Shown here piece by piece: positions 12,945 through 28,575 of a DNA stretch of 64,000 nt; the stretch's first letter is position 1; every line of letters starts with the position of its first letter. A model generated the notes under the pieces. The model did no database searches. It had not been told where the DNA came from and saw nothing but the letters and a program-made list of their open reading frames with translations. Source of the stretch: Eledone cirrhosa (taxonomy: Eukaryota); contig OZ024754.1 of the NCBI GenBank assembly GCA_964016885.1, positions 6,510,001 to 6,574,000 of the forward strand. The letters run 5' to 3'. The position numbers and the translations under genes are program-made.

Positions 12945-13265
12945 CGGGTAAAATTCCCGAGATCCATGGACGAGTTCTCTCCAGCGGTCTCTGTCCCCCA
13001 TTATCGCTGCCATATCCTGCATCTCCAACAGACCAGTGTCTGTCCTTAGGGCATCAACATATGTTAACCTTGGTCTTCCTCTTCTAGTGTGTCCATGTAG
13101 GGGCTCCCAAAGGAGCACTGAGTGCAATGTCAACTCTGGATGTCGGTGAGCATGTCCAGCCAACCTCAGTCTCCTCTGTGTCACTTTTGAGCTGACTTTT
13201 GGGATGCTCCCATACAGCTCTGAGTTTTTCATCCTCAGTGTATACTGATTAATGTTCAGAGCCAT
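12942..13265 (-). mobile_element. RTE-like LINE, 5'-truncated 3' end inserted in (TA)n
   Basis: RRLRLAGHAHRHPE..LLWEP..RGRPRLTYVDALRTDTG..DRDRWRELV; second copy at 59477-59737(+). Confidence 0.85.
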
Positions 13266-13713
13266 ATATATAAATAAATAATCGAGAATTGGAATCTCGG
13301 CCCACGAAATAACGAAACACAATCTTCGAAATGTATGGCAAAGGGCTCAATAGTTTGGATAAACCAGAGCTATAACTATCGTTTAAATACCAACATATAG
13401 AGACAATGCTTAAAATCATTAGCACAGCCGAAAAAACGACCAGGAAAATTCGGTCACACAAATAATAAATTAATAAATTAATAAATTAAATGAATGTATA
13501 TACATATATATATATATACACACATATCTATACACATATATATACACACATATATACACACACATATATACACACATATATATATATATACACATATATA
13601 TACACACACATACACATATATATATATACATACACACATATACACCCATATATATATACACACATATATATATATAAATATATATATATACACACACATA
13701 TACACACATATAT

Positions 13714-13752
<39 letters not shown>

Positions 13753-13756
13753 GTAT

Positions 13757-14170
13757 TGTTCAAATCCCGTCGAGGTTAACTTTGCCTTTCATCCTTACGG
13801 GGTCGATAAAATAAAGTACCAGTAATACACTGAGATAATTGCTGGCCTTGTGCCTAAAGTAGAAACAATTATATGTAATATAATTGTTTCTACGTTAGGC
13901 ACAAGGCCAGCAATTACCCAGTGCATTACTGGTACTTTATTTTATCATAATACTATATATATATATATATGTGTGTGTAGGGAGGTGGATTGGCAGTATC
14001 GGTAGAGGGTCAGACGCCCTGCTTTGTAGCACAGTTACGTCCCTTTACGATCTGGGTTCAAATCCCGCCGAGGTTAACTTTGCCTTTCATCCTTACGGGG
14101 TCGATAAAATAAAGTACCAGTAATACACTGGTGTTAATTGCTGGCCTTGTGCCAAAAGTAGAAACAATTA
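13757..14170. mobile_element. SINE-A cluster: + partial, inverted - partial, + full-length
   Basis: 13757-13870(+), 13881-13945(-), 13980-14170(+). Confidence 0.85.
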
Positions 14171-14665
14171 TATGTAATATATACTCTTTCGCTGTTACCC
14201 AGCTGACAAGAGATCGAAAGAGTATTCATGAGTTCTTCAGAAAATGTTAACATTTGCCTAATGTAGGGGAATCAGAGATAAGCTCTTCTCTATGTTAGGC
14301 CAACAAATAAGAGCCGAACTTGTCATTTTTGACAGATTTCTATTCTACAATACGTTGTTCCGATATCTCTCTGTGGCTGTATCTGTTACTCCATCACTAT
14401 TTCACACTTGTAAAGATAACGTGAGACAATGAAGATATGTGCTAATGTATATGCACGAATATATCATGCTAACAGGCTGCTTGTATAAGTCACCCTAAAA
14501 AGATTAACTGATCAGTAGTCTTTATCATACCAGCTGTTTCACAGATAGAAATCTGTAGGGATTTAAATGAACGACAGCATTGAGCTTAGTATATATATAT
14601 ATATATATAGCTACCATTAAACACACACATATATATATATATATCTGTATATATATGTATCTGTA

Positions 14666-14697
<32 letters not shown>

Positions 14698-14716
14698 GCT
14701 ACCATTAAACACACAT

Positions 14717-14749
<33 letters not shown>

Positions 14750-14827
14750 GCTACCATTAAACACACATATATATATCTGTATATCTGTATATATATATAT
14801 ATATCTGTATATATGTATATATATATC

Positions 14828-14922
<95 letters not shown>

Positions 14923-14951
14923 CTGTATATATGTATATATATATCTGTACA

Positions 14952-15001
<50 letters not shown>

Positions 15002-15675
15002 TGAGATTCTACAGGACTAGAACTGTTTCATTCATTTGAAATCATCATATATATATGTGTGTGTGTATCTATATAAATCTCAGCGGTGACTTTTCAACGA
15101 AATATCTCAGCTTTTCCACAGTGAGTAATATCAATTTTCAAAAGCGATACGCGTGTTATCTATGCAAACTAGAGATTTACGTACTTGTATAATAAGATAC
15201 ACATATACTGAAATGATTAATAATGTATAAAAGGACTATATGCTTAGTTTAAATTGTTTTAGGTAGGTCAGTGTATTGTAGTAGTGAAAACCAGAGTAAG
15301 GCATGACAAAACAACAGTTTAACACTTGTAGTTTGTAGTTCGTATATCTTGTCTTGTCCTATAGTATTGTTCGTGGTGAAACATCGGCACATACAGTGAG
15401 AGAGAGAGAGGGAGAGATAGAGACAAAGATGGAGATAGGGGGATAGTGAGAGAGGGGGAGAGAGAAAGAGGGAGAAAGGGGGACATAAAGAGAAAGAGGG
15501 AGAGGGGGGACATAAAGAGAAAGAGGGAGAAAGGAAGAGTGTGAGAGGGATATAGAAAGAGAAAGAGAGAGAGAGATGGGATATATATATATTTATAGAG
15601 AGAGAGTGTGTGCGAGAGATGGGGGATATACAGAGATAGAGAAAGAGGATATATATATATATATATATATATATC

Positions 15676-15780
<105 letters not shown>

Positions 15781-15855
15781 GAGAGATATATATATGGAGA
15801 CAGAGAGATAGAGAGAATGAGAGAGTGAGAAAGGGAGAGAGAGAGAGAGAAAGGG

Positions 15856-15892
<37 letters not shown>

Positions 15893-16384
15893 TGCAGAAA
15901 GGGAAAGAGATATATATATAGAGATAGAGAGAAAACGAGTGAGAAAGAAAGAAATATATACACTGAGAGAGAGAGGAGATATATCCAGAGAGAGAGAGAG
16001 AGCGAGAGAAAGAAAGAAAGAGAAAGAGAGTGGGAGATAAATAGATCATGTGATTCTAATTTTGACATATTTGATGTAGTGAGTGTGATATAAACACGAC
16101 CACATAATATCACGCCAGGCTGTATACACATAAATATACCGTGTGTATATCATTGTTATTACTCGGCGGTGAACGTTTGTACAATACATACTTGGCAATA
16201 ATTACGTAATACACTATACAGCAAATAGTTCTTATACGAATATATCTGACATATATTTATATTTATATGAGATTGGTTGTCTTCGCTTGGAGATCTAGCC
16301 GGATCAGTTGGGGACGGTTGCTTCTGACAGGGACCTGCTGGAAGGAGTGTTTGGGGACTCTGTCTACCCCACGACCTTCTCAGG

Positions 16385-16840
16385 GAGGAGGAGGAGGAGG
16401 AGGAAGAGAAAGAATAAGAAGAACGGGGAAGAAGAAGAAGAAGCAGAAGAAGAAAAAGAAGAACGAAGAAGAACGAAGAACAAGAAGAAGAAGAAGAAGA
16501 AGAAGAAGAAGAAGAAGAAGAACGAAGAAGAAGAAGAAGAAGAAGAAGAAGAAGAAGAAGAAAAAGAAGAACGAAGAAGAACAAGAACAAGAACGGAGAA
16601 GAAGAAGAAGAAGAAGAAGAAGAAGAAGAAGAAGAAGAAGAAGAAGAAGAAGAAGAAGAAGAAGAAGGACGGAGAAGAAAAAGAAGAAAAAGACGAAAAA
16701 GAAGCAATGACGAAGAAGATGACAACAACGACGACAAAGATGATGTTGATGATGGTGATGATGGTGGTGTTGATGGTGATGGTGATGATGGTGGTGGTGG
16801 TGATGGTAATGATGGTGATGGTGTTGTTGTTGGTGGTGGT
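16385..16840. repeat. (GGA)/(GAA)n then (GAT/GGT)n trinucleotide tract
   Basis: Direct reading of the sequence. Confidence 0.95.
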
Positions 16841-17019
16841 GGGGTCTATACATAAATATGCTTTGAGTGTTGAGACACTGAACACCTCAACACCCACCAC
16901 ATTCCCCCACCCATCCGCCTCACTCTTCCGTTAGGATATCACTCTTTCTTTGTACACAAGCTGAAATACACTGAGATATCGTTGCCTATGTAACATGTAA
17001 TATCATTCCACACACACGC

Positions 17020-17094
<75 letters not shown>

Positions 17095-17157
17095 GATATA
17101 TCTCTATTTACAGAGTGAAATAACACTGGCAACAGACACTTTGTTTTAAATACATAT

Positions 17158-17668
17158 AACTGTTTCTACTTTAGGCACAAGGCCAGCAATTACCCAGTGC
17201 ATTACTGGTACTTTATTTTATCGACCCCGTAAGGATGAAAGGCAAAGTCAACCTCGGCGGGATTTGAACTCAGATCGTAAAGGGACGTAACTATGCTGGA
17301 AAGCATGGCGTCCGACCCTCTACCGATACTGCCAAACAGGATGTCCCCCAAATATATACACACCTTGATTATTTGTACAGGAATATTTATTAGAATGCAC
17401 AGCCTTTGTGTATACATTTTTTTGGAACACCCTGTAGATGTCTGTAATCTGATTTTAATGTCTATATATATTAAGATATCAGTGTAAATAAACGGTAATA
17501 TCATAATATAATTGTTTCTACTTTTGGCACAAGGCCAGCAATTACCTCCAGTACATTACTGGTACTTTATTTTATCGACCCCGTAAAGATGAAAGGCAAA
17601 GTTAACCTCGGCGGGATTTGAACTCAGATCGTTAAGGGACGTAACTATGCTGGAAAGCATGGCGTCCA
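17158..17668 (-). mobile_element. Two SINE-A copies (17158-17335 and 17510-17668)
   Basis: Reverse complements of the SINE-A consensus. Confidence 0.85.
17337..17434. mobile_element. Short Tc1/mariner-type MITE
   Basis: Imperfect TIRs caggatgtcccccaaatatatacac / gtgtatacatttttttggaacaccctg followed by TA; a similar end tacagggtgtcccc lies at 3665. Confidence 0.55.
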
Positions 17669-18043
17669 TAATACAGACTAAATCATAACTGTGTATACAC
17701 AGTAAAATAACATTATCCTATGTAGTCTGTCTATTCGGCTGCCTATACATAATAGTGTATTGTTGTCAATTTATTGCCTTAGAGAACACAGTGAAGACAT
17801 ATTTATGCAGCCATTCTAAGTGATACGTGCTTTCAGTTCCCAGACGTCCAACACACTTAAATATCTTCATTATTAAAATGTGTCATAGCTAGAATGACTT
17901 GGGATTTCCGGACTGTTAATCTCATATTTTTGTATTTCTATCTATAATAACATATTTCAATTGTTTCCAACGACCATACATACAAAACCGCAGAAGACAT
18001 TTACAATTAGAACAGACGGACGGAAAATGAAACCCTAGTTAAT

Positions 18044-18112
<69 letters not shown>

Positions 18113-18187
18113 GAATAAATGAACAGAGAACAAAAAAAACAGAGAGGCAGTACAACTGATATGGTTTTTAGTTTCACGCTTGAGAGA

Positions 18188-18226
<39 letters not shown>

Positions 18227-18640
18227 CGAAGGAAATGTGGTAAGGAACCAGGTGGACCATAACGCACCAAAGTACTCAATACTTAGGGTAGTAGAGTGGG
18301 TAATAGGAACGAGTAGGACCCCGACAGCTGAGCTCAAGCCGTTTCGACGGCTAATTCTGAACTAAATCATTTAGTCCAGAATTAGCCGTCGAAACGGCTT
18401 GAGCCAAGAGCAAATATTTATTAAAATAACCGATTAAAGTTTAAGCAAAGAATCACTGTTTTCACCCTTAACGGGATCTCCAGAAGAGTGATAAGAAACC
18501 AGGTGGACTCTAACGCACCAGAATACTCGATATTTATGGTAGTAGAGTGGGTAATATGAAAAGTCAGGACTCCGACGGAGCTCAGCCGTCGGGGTCCTGA
18601 CTCTTTTCCTATATATATATATATATATATTACATATATT

Positions 18641-18705
<65 letters not shown>

Positions 18706-19029
18706 TTGTGGGTGTGAGTAGGCGGCAGGCTGGCGAGTCGGTTTCAATGATAGCTGATAGGTGGCGCTGCGTATGTCATCGATAGGTACGTATATGGAAG
18801 GATGGATAGATAATGTAAGTATATATTCTTAGGTAATCAAGTAAGTTGATGATAAATGTTGGAAAATGTACAGAGACTGACTCAAGTAGACCAAGTAAAG
18901 CGGTCTAAGAGTTAGGTGTTTAGATAGGGAAGGAAAGATGGAAGCAGCAGATAGAAATCTAGATAACTAGGTAGGTCGTGAAGGAGATAGGCATGGAGTT
19001 TATATATATACATATATATATAGACAACT

Positions 19030-19071
<42 letters not shown>

Positions 19072-19134
19072 GTAATAATAATAAAATTGAAGACTAAAAT
19101 CCAAAGATTTCTTTGCTTAAACTTTAATCTGTTA

Positions 19135-19206
<72 letters not shown>

Positions 19207-19227
19207 TATGTACATATAAATAAATAT

Positions 19228-19321
<94 letters not shown>

Positions 19322-19322
19322 G

Positions 19323-19392
<70 letters not shown>

Positions 19393-19427
19393 TATAGACA
19401 ACATATATATATATATATATATATTTA

Positions 19428-19488
<61 letters not shown>

Positions 19489-19750
19489 ATATATAGACAA
19501 CATATATATATATATATAAATATATATATACATAGACAACATATATATATATGTATATAAATATATAGACAACATATATATATATATATGAAAAAAAAAG
19601 AATGACTTTACTTGTAGTTCTAAATAATTTGATTTAATTTTATAATATTATAATATTATAAAATTAAATCAAATTGTTTAGAACTACAAGTAAAGTCATT
19701 CTTTTCCTTTTTTCAAATATACCTCACTGTACCAAGGATCTCAGACATTT

Positions 19751-19789
<39 letters not shown>

Positions 19790-20056
19790 AATTGACTAAT
19801 TTTATCATATGTAACCCATGTGCAACGACGCAGTATTCCCCTTTCTTCCCATGTTTTTCATATATATATCACGATAAATTAACGGAGGCATAGGCACTCT
19901 CTATTCCCTGTAAATAATGTGCTCAAAGGAGAAGAGATCCCGAGCTCTTATTCCATACACTGGTGGTTTTTTCCCTGTATTATTGATAACGCACTATATA
20001 TCTCTCTCTGGTGTGTTACCTTTTCAACATATTATATATATATATATATTGGGGAA

Positions 20057-20523
<467 letters not shown>

Positions 20524-20806
20524 ATATATATATATATATATATATATAAGATAGATATATAGAGAGAGACCTCATATATATATGTGTGTGTGTCTGTCTG
20601 TCTGTATGTATGTGTGTGTATGTATTGTTTAAGGCCAAACTTGTATCTTTTTACCCTGGTGTTTCTCCTGTGTACTGTGGCATCTGTGAGTACCGAGGGG
20701 AAAGTCCAAATTAAAAATGACACCCCCTAACCTTAATATACAATATATTAACCTCTACTACGATATTGAGTACTCATTCTCACGACAGTTAACACCAAGT
20801 GTGTGT

Positions 20807-20871
<65 letters not shown>

Positions 20872-22319
20872 CTTCCGCACCTCTCTATTCTTTGTTCAGG
20901 TTTGTGTGGCTGGCCGTAGCCTAAAAGTGCACCAAACTCTATAATCTGACAGCGATTGCAAAACTCTTAGCAGTGTTTGCAGCCATCATGTACATATGTA
21001 CGTACGTATGTACGTATGTACGTATGTACGTATGTGCGTACGTATGTACGTACGTACGTACGTATGTATGTTATGTATGTATGTATGTATGTATGTATGT
21101 ATGTATGTATGTATGTATGTATGTATGTATGTATGTTCTTTTAGTTAGATTTTACCAGTTTTCGATGACTGAGTGGTGGGAGAGAGCCAGTTTCTTACAC
21201 AAGAACATGACTTTACCAATGGAATTTGGACAACCTGAACTAGATAATTAAGATATCTGCCTGTCTCGCTGTTTGTCTGAATGTGTGTATCAGTGAAGGT
21301 ATCGACGTAATTGTATGTTTGGAATTATATGTGAGTATATACATATGTTTCTATATCTCTACATGTAAATATGCTGTTATTACATGCTAAACTACTGGAA
21401 TAATTTACATATTTTTGCAGTTCTATAAATAGAACTGTTAATAGAATTGTAATTTCTTATTTAGGTGTGCTGTTTCTAGGTCTGGGAATCCTAGTTTCCT
21501 AAGGTGTGGGCTACGAAGGCAGTTATTAACATATCCAAGTACTCCAATGATCACAGGTACAAGTCAGACTTAAGCTCTACACGTGTTACTCATTGGCTCG
21601 GCATAAATATTTTCCTTTTCACTAACGCTATACAATTGTTGGATAAATATGTTACACCATTGTATACATACCTTCTTTTCTCTGTCTCATATCATTATGT
21701 TCGCTCTGTTATGTCTATATTTTACTAGTGTTTTGACAGGAACATTCTGCCAGTGCTCTTTTAAATGTATGTTTGTTACAAAGTTATACATATACTAAGC
21801 ATATATAAATATATATATATACACGTATACATTTATATATATCAGAGTTTTGTAGTTTACTTGAAGCATTGTTGAATAAGAAACACAAATTTGAATAATT
21901 TTGAAAACCAAACAATGCATTAGAAAGAAAATTAAATCGCTAAGATACCAAAAGAATCTTACCTTGGCAATTTTAATAAACATTAAATTTGCCAAGGTAA
22001 GATTATTTTGTTATCTCAGCGATATGATTTTCTTTCTAATGCATTATTTGGTTTTCAAAATTATTTAAATTCACACACACACACACACACTCATATATAT
22101 ATATATATATATATATAAATGAAAGGTATAGAAAATATTGTAGCAAGAAGCCAACAGTATTCCATAATATATAAGTGACTATAGCGTCAAAATGGGAAAA
22201 TAGTTAACGTAAGATGTGGGGAAAATAATTCAAACTTAACTCAAAAAGAATCAGGATATAGATTCATCCAACAGAATTTAGTGAAATCCAGGGAAAAATC
22301 AATAGAGCCTTAACTCATG

Positions 22320-22394
<75 letters not shown>

Positions 22395-22493
22395 GTATTC
22401 ATACACACACATGAATATACATATGTACATGATACATAGATTTGCAGAGAGAGTCTCTGTCTGCGTGTGTGTGAGAGAGAGAGAGAGTGTGTC

Positions 22494-22527
<34 letters not shown>

Positions 22528-22558
22528 TGAGAGAGAGAGTCTGTGAGAGAGAGTGAGT

Positions 22559-22620
<62 letters not shown>

Positions 22621-22889
22621 CCGACCTTACAGACGATACAGATGTACGAGCGCTCCACTGTTTCCAATGGTGTTTTCTATATCTCTTCTGAAATTATCGT
22701 GACAAATCTCCATATTTCATATTCGAGCGCAGTGCCATGACGCTTGTTCGGTTTATTTCAATGTAGAACATATCTTTTCGCTTTCACTATTAATGTTCCT
22801 TCCAAACTCATTCATGTCATAAATTAATTCGCCACCATGAAAACTATATGAAGATTTTAGCGCATCTATCTATCTATCTATCTATCTAT

Positions 22890-23212
22890 GGGCCTTCTCT
22901 CTATATCAGCCTGTAGATTGAGGAAAAGGAGGAGGAGAGGAAAGGAGTACAAGCTCTTCGTACTCCTGGAGATGAGGGTTGCACATTTTTTCGGGGGTAT
23001 GTGTTACCCATATAAACTGTCTCCCTCTATTGGGGAAAATCGACTAACTTTTAAATTCCATCTGTGATAACATTTTACACGTTTTTATTGTATGTAAACT
23101 TCCCCCTTTGTATTTGTCCCCTTCTTTTGTGCCCCTGTGGCTAATAAAGAAATATATCTATCTATTGTCCCCTTTCTTGTTGCGCCCTTGTGGCTAATAA
23201 AGAAATCTATCT
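22890..23212 (+). mobile_element. Probable LINE 3' UTR remnant in (TCTA)n with a duplicated terminus
   Basis: ttgtcccc..gtggctAATAAAgaaat occurs twice and is flanked by TCTA repeats. Confidence 0.35.
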
Positions 23213-23310
23213 AATAATCCACGATGTATGTATGTATGTATGTATGTATGTATGTATGTATGTATGTATGTATGTATGCATGTATGTATGTATGTATGTA
23301 TGTATGTATG

Positions 23311-23652
23311 TTTTCTCTTTCTCTTAATTTCGAGTATATTTTTTTTGACCGGCCACCTTCCTGGTGGCAAGGTTGTAAAAGAAATTGTCATCCCTTGAAT
23401 CGCAAGAATGTTTTGCAAATTTTGAAGGTGCCAGCTATCGCAGCCATTTGCAGACTATGAATTAGGGAGCTGCGCTTTTTGTCCGCAAATCCAAGTTCAG
23501 TCATACTTTGGTCCAAGCGGGTTGGTATATAACCCGTAGCACCAATAATGATGGGTATGAAGCTAAAGGTGTATCTTGGATACTGGATTTGTAAACTCCT
23601 CATCAATGGTCCGTAGATGTCCTCCTTCTCCTGTATTTTTCTGACAACGTTT
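23311..23652 (-). mobile_element. R4/Dong-like RLE retrotransposon 3' fragment in (TATG)n
   Basis: FIPIIIGATGYIP C-terminus and 3' UTR near-identical to 60181-61049; (TATG)n on both sides. Confidence 0.8.
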
Positions 23653-24668
23653 GTATGTATGTATGTATGTATGTATGTATGTATGTATGTATGTATGTAT
23701 GTATGTATGTATGTATGTATGTTAGTTGCTATCGTGTGTGTGTGTGTGTAGATATGCTTATGTGTGTGCGTGTGTGTGTATATATATATGTATATTATTA
23801 TTGTTGTTGTTATTATTATTATTATTATTATTATTGTTATTAATGTATGTGTGTGTGTGTGTGTGTGTATGTGTGTGTATATGTATATATATATATATAT
23901 ATATTTCTCTTTTTTTTATTTCCTTTTTATTTATTTATTATTATTATTATTATTTTTTTTTTTTTTTTCACGTGCAATGGCCATACTCGATAACGAGGGG
24001 GCAGCCATCATCATGTATGTATGTATGTATGTATGTATGTATGTATGCATGTATGTATGTATGTATGTATGTATGTATGTATGTATGCATGCATGTATAT
24101 ATGTATGCATGTGCGTATGTATTCGTGTGTATGTATGTATGTATGTGTGTATGACTTTGTGATTTATGTGTTTTTCTGTAAGTTAAAAGTTCATCTGCTG
24201 TCATTAAAATTCCAATTGCGAACGCAACAGCCACACGTATAGTGATATCTCGTTTACAAACACATACATTTACTGACTGTCATGCCATACAAACACACGC
24301 ACACACACACATACACACACCACACACTCTCCCTCTCTTTCTCTCAAACATACACAGACACACACACTCTCTCTCTCACACACACACATGCTCTCACACT
24401 CGCACACACAGAGAAAGAGCCTGTATATTGTAACTAGATTTGCTAAAAATAATAGCCAGATCACCCTCAAATCGTACACCAGCTTAATTAAAATGGAGAG
24501 ATTAGATAACATAACCCTATCGAGACCAACCCGGCCGAAAGGCGGCCCTAGTTCTATGAAATAAAACCACATAATTTTCAAAGTTTCTCCGACAGTAATT
24601 GCAACACAAAAATGGCGGCATCTTTAACAATACATGTCTAAAGAAAAAGCTATTCTCTATCTATACGA

Positions 24669-24718
<50 letters not shown>

Positions 24719-24756
24719 GTGTGTGTGTGTGAGTGTGTGTGTAAATATACACATGT

Positions 24757-24814
<58 letters not shown>

Positions 24815-24996
24815 TCTATCCCGGGGTCAATCGGGGATAACCACAGTAAGTAAGGTACTCAATGCAGAGCAGAATATAAATATTTAATATAGAAAAGGGT
24901 TCTACAGGACTAGAACTGTTTCATTCGGGAGAAATCATCAGGAAGCCCTGATGATTTCTCCCGAATGAAACACTTCTAGTCCTGTAGAAGCCTTTC

Positions 24997-25002
<6 letters not shown>
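24815..25002. mobile_element. Family B element with fold-back: hammerhead cores at 24910-24942(-) and 24948-24979(+)
   Basis: CTGATGA-tttc(tccc)gaat-GAAAC on both arms; the pivot removes the 5' strand of stem I. Confidence 0.75.
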
Positions 25003-25054
<52 letters not shown>

Positions 25055-25079
25055 GTTACATATGGATATGCATATATAT

Positions 25080-25139
<60 letters not shown>

Positions 25140-25181
25140 TTTATATATGGATATATAAATAAACAAATACACACACACACG

Positions 25182-25231
<50 letters not shown>

Positions 25232-25341
25232 CGTGTGTGTGTGTATTTGTTTATTTATATATCCATATATAAAATGTATATATATATATATATATATGTA
25301 CACACACACATATGCATATATATGTATATATACATATACAT

Positions 25342-25375
<34 letters not shown>

Positions 25376-25673
25376 ATATATATATATACATATGTATGCA
25401 TGTAAGTATATATTTATACATACATATGCATAAATACATAACCTGCGAATATAAATTCCTTCCATATTCGCATCAATATTCTGTACGAGATAAGGAAAAT
25501 ACAAAAAGGAAAATACAAAAATACAGGAATAAATAAATATAGAAATAACATACACAAACCTTTCAGATAACAATTGAATTGGTTGGCGAAATTCTGAAAT
25601 TATGACAAGTCGTTTCACCAGGCGTTGATACATTCACGCGAATACATACATGCATACATATATACATACATAT

Positions 25674-26265
25674 ATGGTGGCTGCCAACTCGTTTTCGAGT
25701 ATGGCCACTACTTTATATCCATGTAGGAGAACCCCTATCGATGCGCTGAACGAGTGTGACTTTTTAGTCCAGCCAGCGACTTGAAAACTCTGGTACAAAC
25801 ACTACACTTGTGAGAATTATGGATACATAGTGCTGGGCCCATGGTACCATGTGACAAGTGCTGAGAGATCTCCAGATATAAAGCAATGCCTGTGCCGTGA
25901 AGCTTTTATAGTGAGCAAAGGCACTGCACAAAGCCAGTCCCACTCTCTTGACCAAGATGATATTTACCAAAAAGAAGAACAAGTCAACATCATTGGATAC
26001 CATCAGGGTTGCAGGTCTTATATCAGAGTTTTCCTTCTCCTAGCCAAAGGCTAAGGGGTCATCTCTCCCGGTGATTTTGGATGGCCATTGACTCTTAAGA
26101 GCTCCTTTGCTCTTTGACAGGTCTTGTTTTTAGTCCTGCAGGATATCCAAAGTCACCCTCCTCACCAAGAAACCTTGGTGGGGTTGCCAGTTTAGTCGCC
26201 AATGACCCGACCATGAGCCAGGTTGTACTGGGATACATGTTACCAGTAGCACCAACTGGTGACCT
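25674..26265 (-). mobile_element. Non-coding RTE-derived non-autonomous element ending in an (ATGT)n tail
   Basis: Contains ctaggagaaggaaaactctg (motif recalled from RTE 5' UTRs), has no RT ORF, and ends gcagccaccat(gtat)n; copy at 61096-61452(+), diverged subfamily at 30578-31008(+). Confidence 0.65.
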
Positions 26266-26636
26266 TACATACATACATAATAGTGTCAATAAATAACACA
26301 TACATGATGGCTGATTATACCATTCGCCAACAGTTTTATATTTTCACTTCTCCAATGGATATTTTGTACGAAATATTAAGAGATATTTAATATATAAAAG
26401 GATGTTGTTAATATTTCCAAGGTAATATATATATATATATATATATACATATATATATCCGGATAGAACTTGTTTAAATCTAGTTAGACCATTACTCAAC
26501 AGAGTACTCGATACTTGAGGGAGTAGTGTATGGCTATATTAAACATATCTTATATGGACCTGTTATTTTTACCTAAAGAAATTTTTTCCAATTCCACCCC
26601 TCCCGTACATTCAATCTATCGTATTTCTCATCCTTT

Positions 26637-26670
26637 CTTCCGATGAAGGACTAGCGTCCGAAACGTTAAG
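26637..26670 (+). ncRNA. Hammerhead motif, U4C variant (family F relative)
   Basis: ctt-CCGATGA-a-gga(ctagcg)tcc-GAAAC-GTT-aag; downstream agcgttaacctaat resembles 5291-5305. Confidence 0.6.
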
Positions 26671-26811
26671 TCCCTCTTCCTGCTATTTCAAGCGTTAACC
26701 TAATATATTCCTTCGATATACTGTACCGATTGTGTTGTTATTTCTGTTTACCTTTTACACACACACACATATATATATCATATATATATATTATATATAT
26801 TATATATTGTT

Positions 26812-26970
26812 GGACGCCATGATTTGATGCATAGAGTTACGGCCCTTGCCATTCTGAGTTCAAATCCCGCCTAGGTTAACTTTGCCTTTCATCCTTACGG
26901 GGTCGATAAAATAAAGTACCAGTAATGCACTGGGATAATTGCTGGCCTTGTGCCAAAAGCAGAAACAATT
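26812..26970 (+). mobile_element. SINE-A, 5'-truncated
   Basis: B-box, core and tail match the consensus. Confidence 0.85.
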
Positions 26971-26974
26971 ATAT

Positions 26975-27017
<43 letters not shown>

Positions 27018-27163
27018 TGTATGTATATATATATAGGCAAGTATTGCATCAAGAAAAATAAAACGTCAGCGTGAAGAGATTATGAATTTATTTGCTTTAA
27101 CATATGTTTCTGTGTCCATTATAATTGTCTACATATGTTGACTACAATATATATTGTTTAATC

Positions 27164-27211
<48 letters not shown>

Positions 27212-27619
27212 CGTCCGAAGTAATTACACATTTTAGTATGCAGCTGGTTGTACATAAAACACACAGATGCACACACACACACACACACATGCATACGCAC
27301 ATTCACGTACACACACACATACTAACAAAATGTTGTTGGACTATTTGTTTATGTGAGTAAGAACGGGGAAATATGAAAGTATTATCATCGGTAGCTGAGC
27401 AACATACTGATAGATATATGGAACGTATGATAATACTTTCAATTGATAGGGTGTATGGCTTTTGGTGTTGTATTATCTTTAAAGCATTCAAAGTGGCGAG
27501 GAGTGTCGGAATCCAGACATTTCCGTAAATATGAAATAGCTGTTTGAACAATAATATTTGTCAAATATTTGTCATTTGTTTTGTTAACAATATTGTACAC
27601 AAACACATTAACGTCTTCG

Positions 27620-27663
<44 letters not shown>

Positions 27664-27670
27664 TACATGC

Positions 27671-27707
<37 letters not shown>

Positions 27708-27741
27708 TACATACCTACACACACACATATATATGTATATA

Positions 27742-27780
<39 letters not shown>

Positions 27781-27892
27781 GCATATATATCATATATTAT
27801 GTAAATGTTAAAAAATGTATCTGCGCATGTGTGTACGTATATATATATATATATGACCAATTCTACCCTCTGGTAAACCACCAAATTTAAAC

Positions 27893-27933
<41 letters not shown>

Positions 27934-28137
27934 AATAATGGAGCTGCGGCGCTGCAAATGGGTTACATATGAAAAAGTTTGTCCTCATCAGTGGCCTTCC
28001 AACCGTCGTAGGCATTTCGTCGCATTAAAGGCCATATACCTCAGGTTGGTGCGAGCAACGGCTAAAAAAAGTCGTTGGGACACGTAAATAAGGGGGACGC
28101 TAGGGTAAACAAACAAAATGGTTTAAGCAACAGAAAG

Positions 28138-28199
<62 letters not shown>

Positions 28200-28201
<2 letters not shown>

Positions 28202-28486
28202 AAATGAAGTAATTCCGTCGGAAAAGTCCAGGAAAAAAGAGCTTAATAGTTATGTAATAAACAACATAAGGCAATTATTCCATTTACCAGTGGTTTCTTA
28301 AAAGCAAAAAATGTTGCATTCAATCATCAGAATGAAAAAATCCTGGTCTGTTTATTGAATTTGGATTTTAAAATCCAAATTCAATAAACAGACCAGGATT
28401 TTTTCATTCTGATGATTGAAAGCAAAATCTTTTGCTTTTAAGAAACCACTGGTAAATGGAATAATTGCCTTATGTTGTTTATTACA

Positions 28487-28492
<6 letters not shown>
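28200..28492. mobile_element. Family G element with 246 bp fold-back: hammerheads at 28279-28336(-) and 28403-28460(+)
   Basis: ttcatt-CTGATGA-ttgaaagcaaaa(tc)ttttgcttttaa-GAAAC-cactg-GTA-aatgga; palindrome 28247-28492 centred on tttt|aaaa. Confidence 0.88.

Positions 28493-28575
<83 letters not shown>

Noticed and set aside
21465-21556. Candidate exon (ttatttag...cacag|gtac)
   Set aside because: Weak donor site and no recognisable protein similarity
27975-28050. Minus-strand CTGATGA and GAAA near each other
   Set aside because: Stems cannot be formed in type I, II or III order
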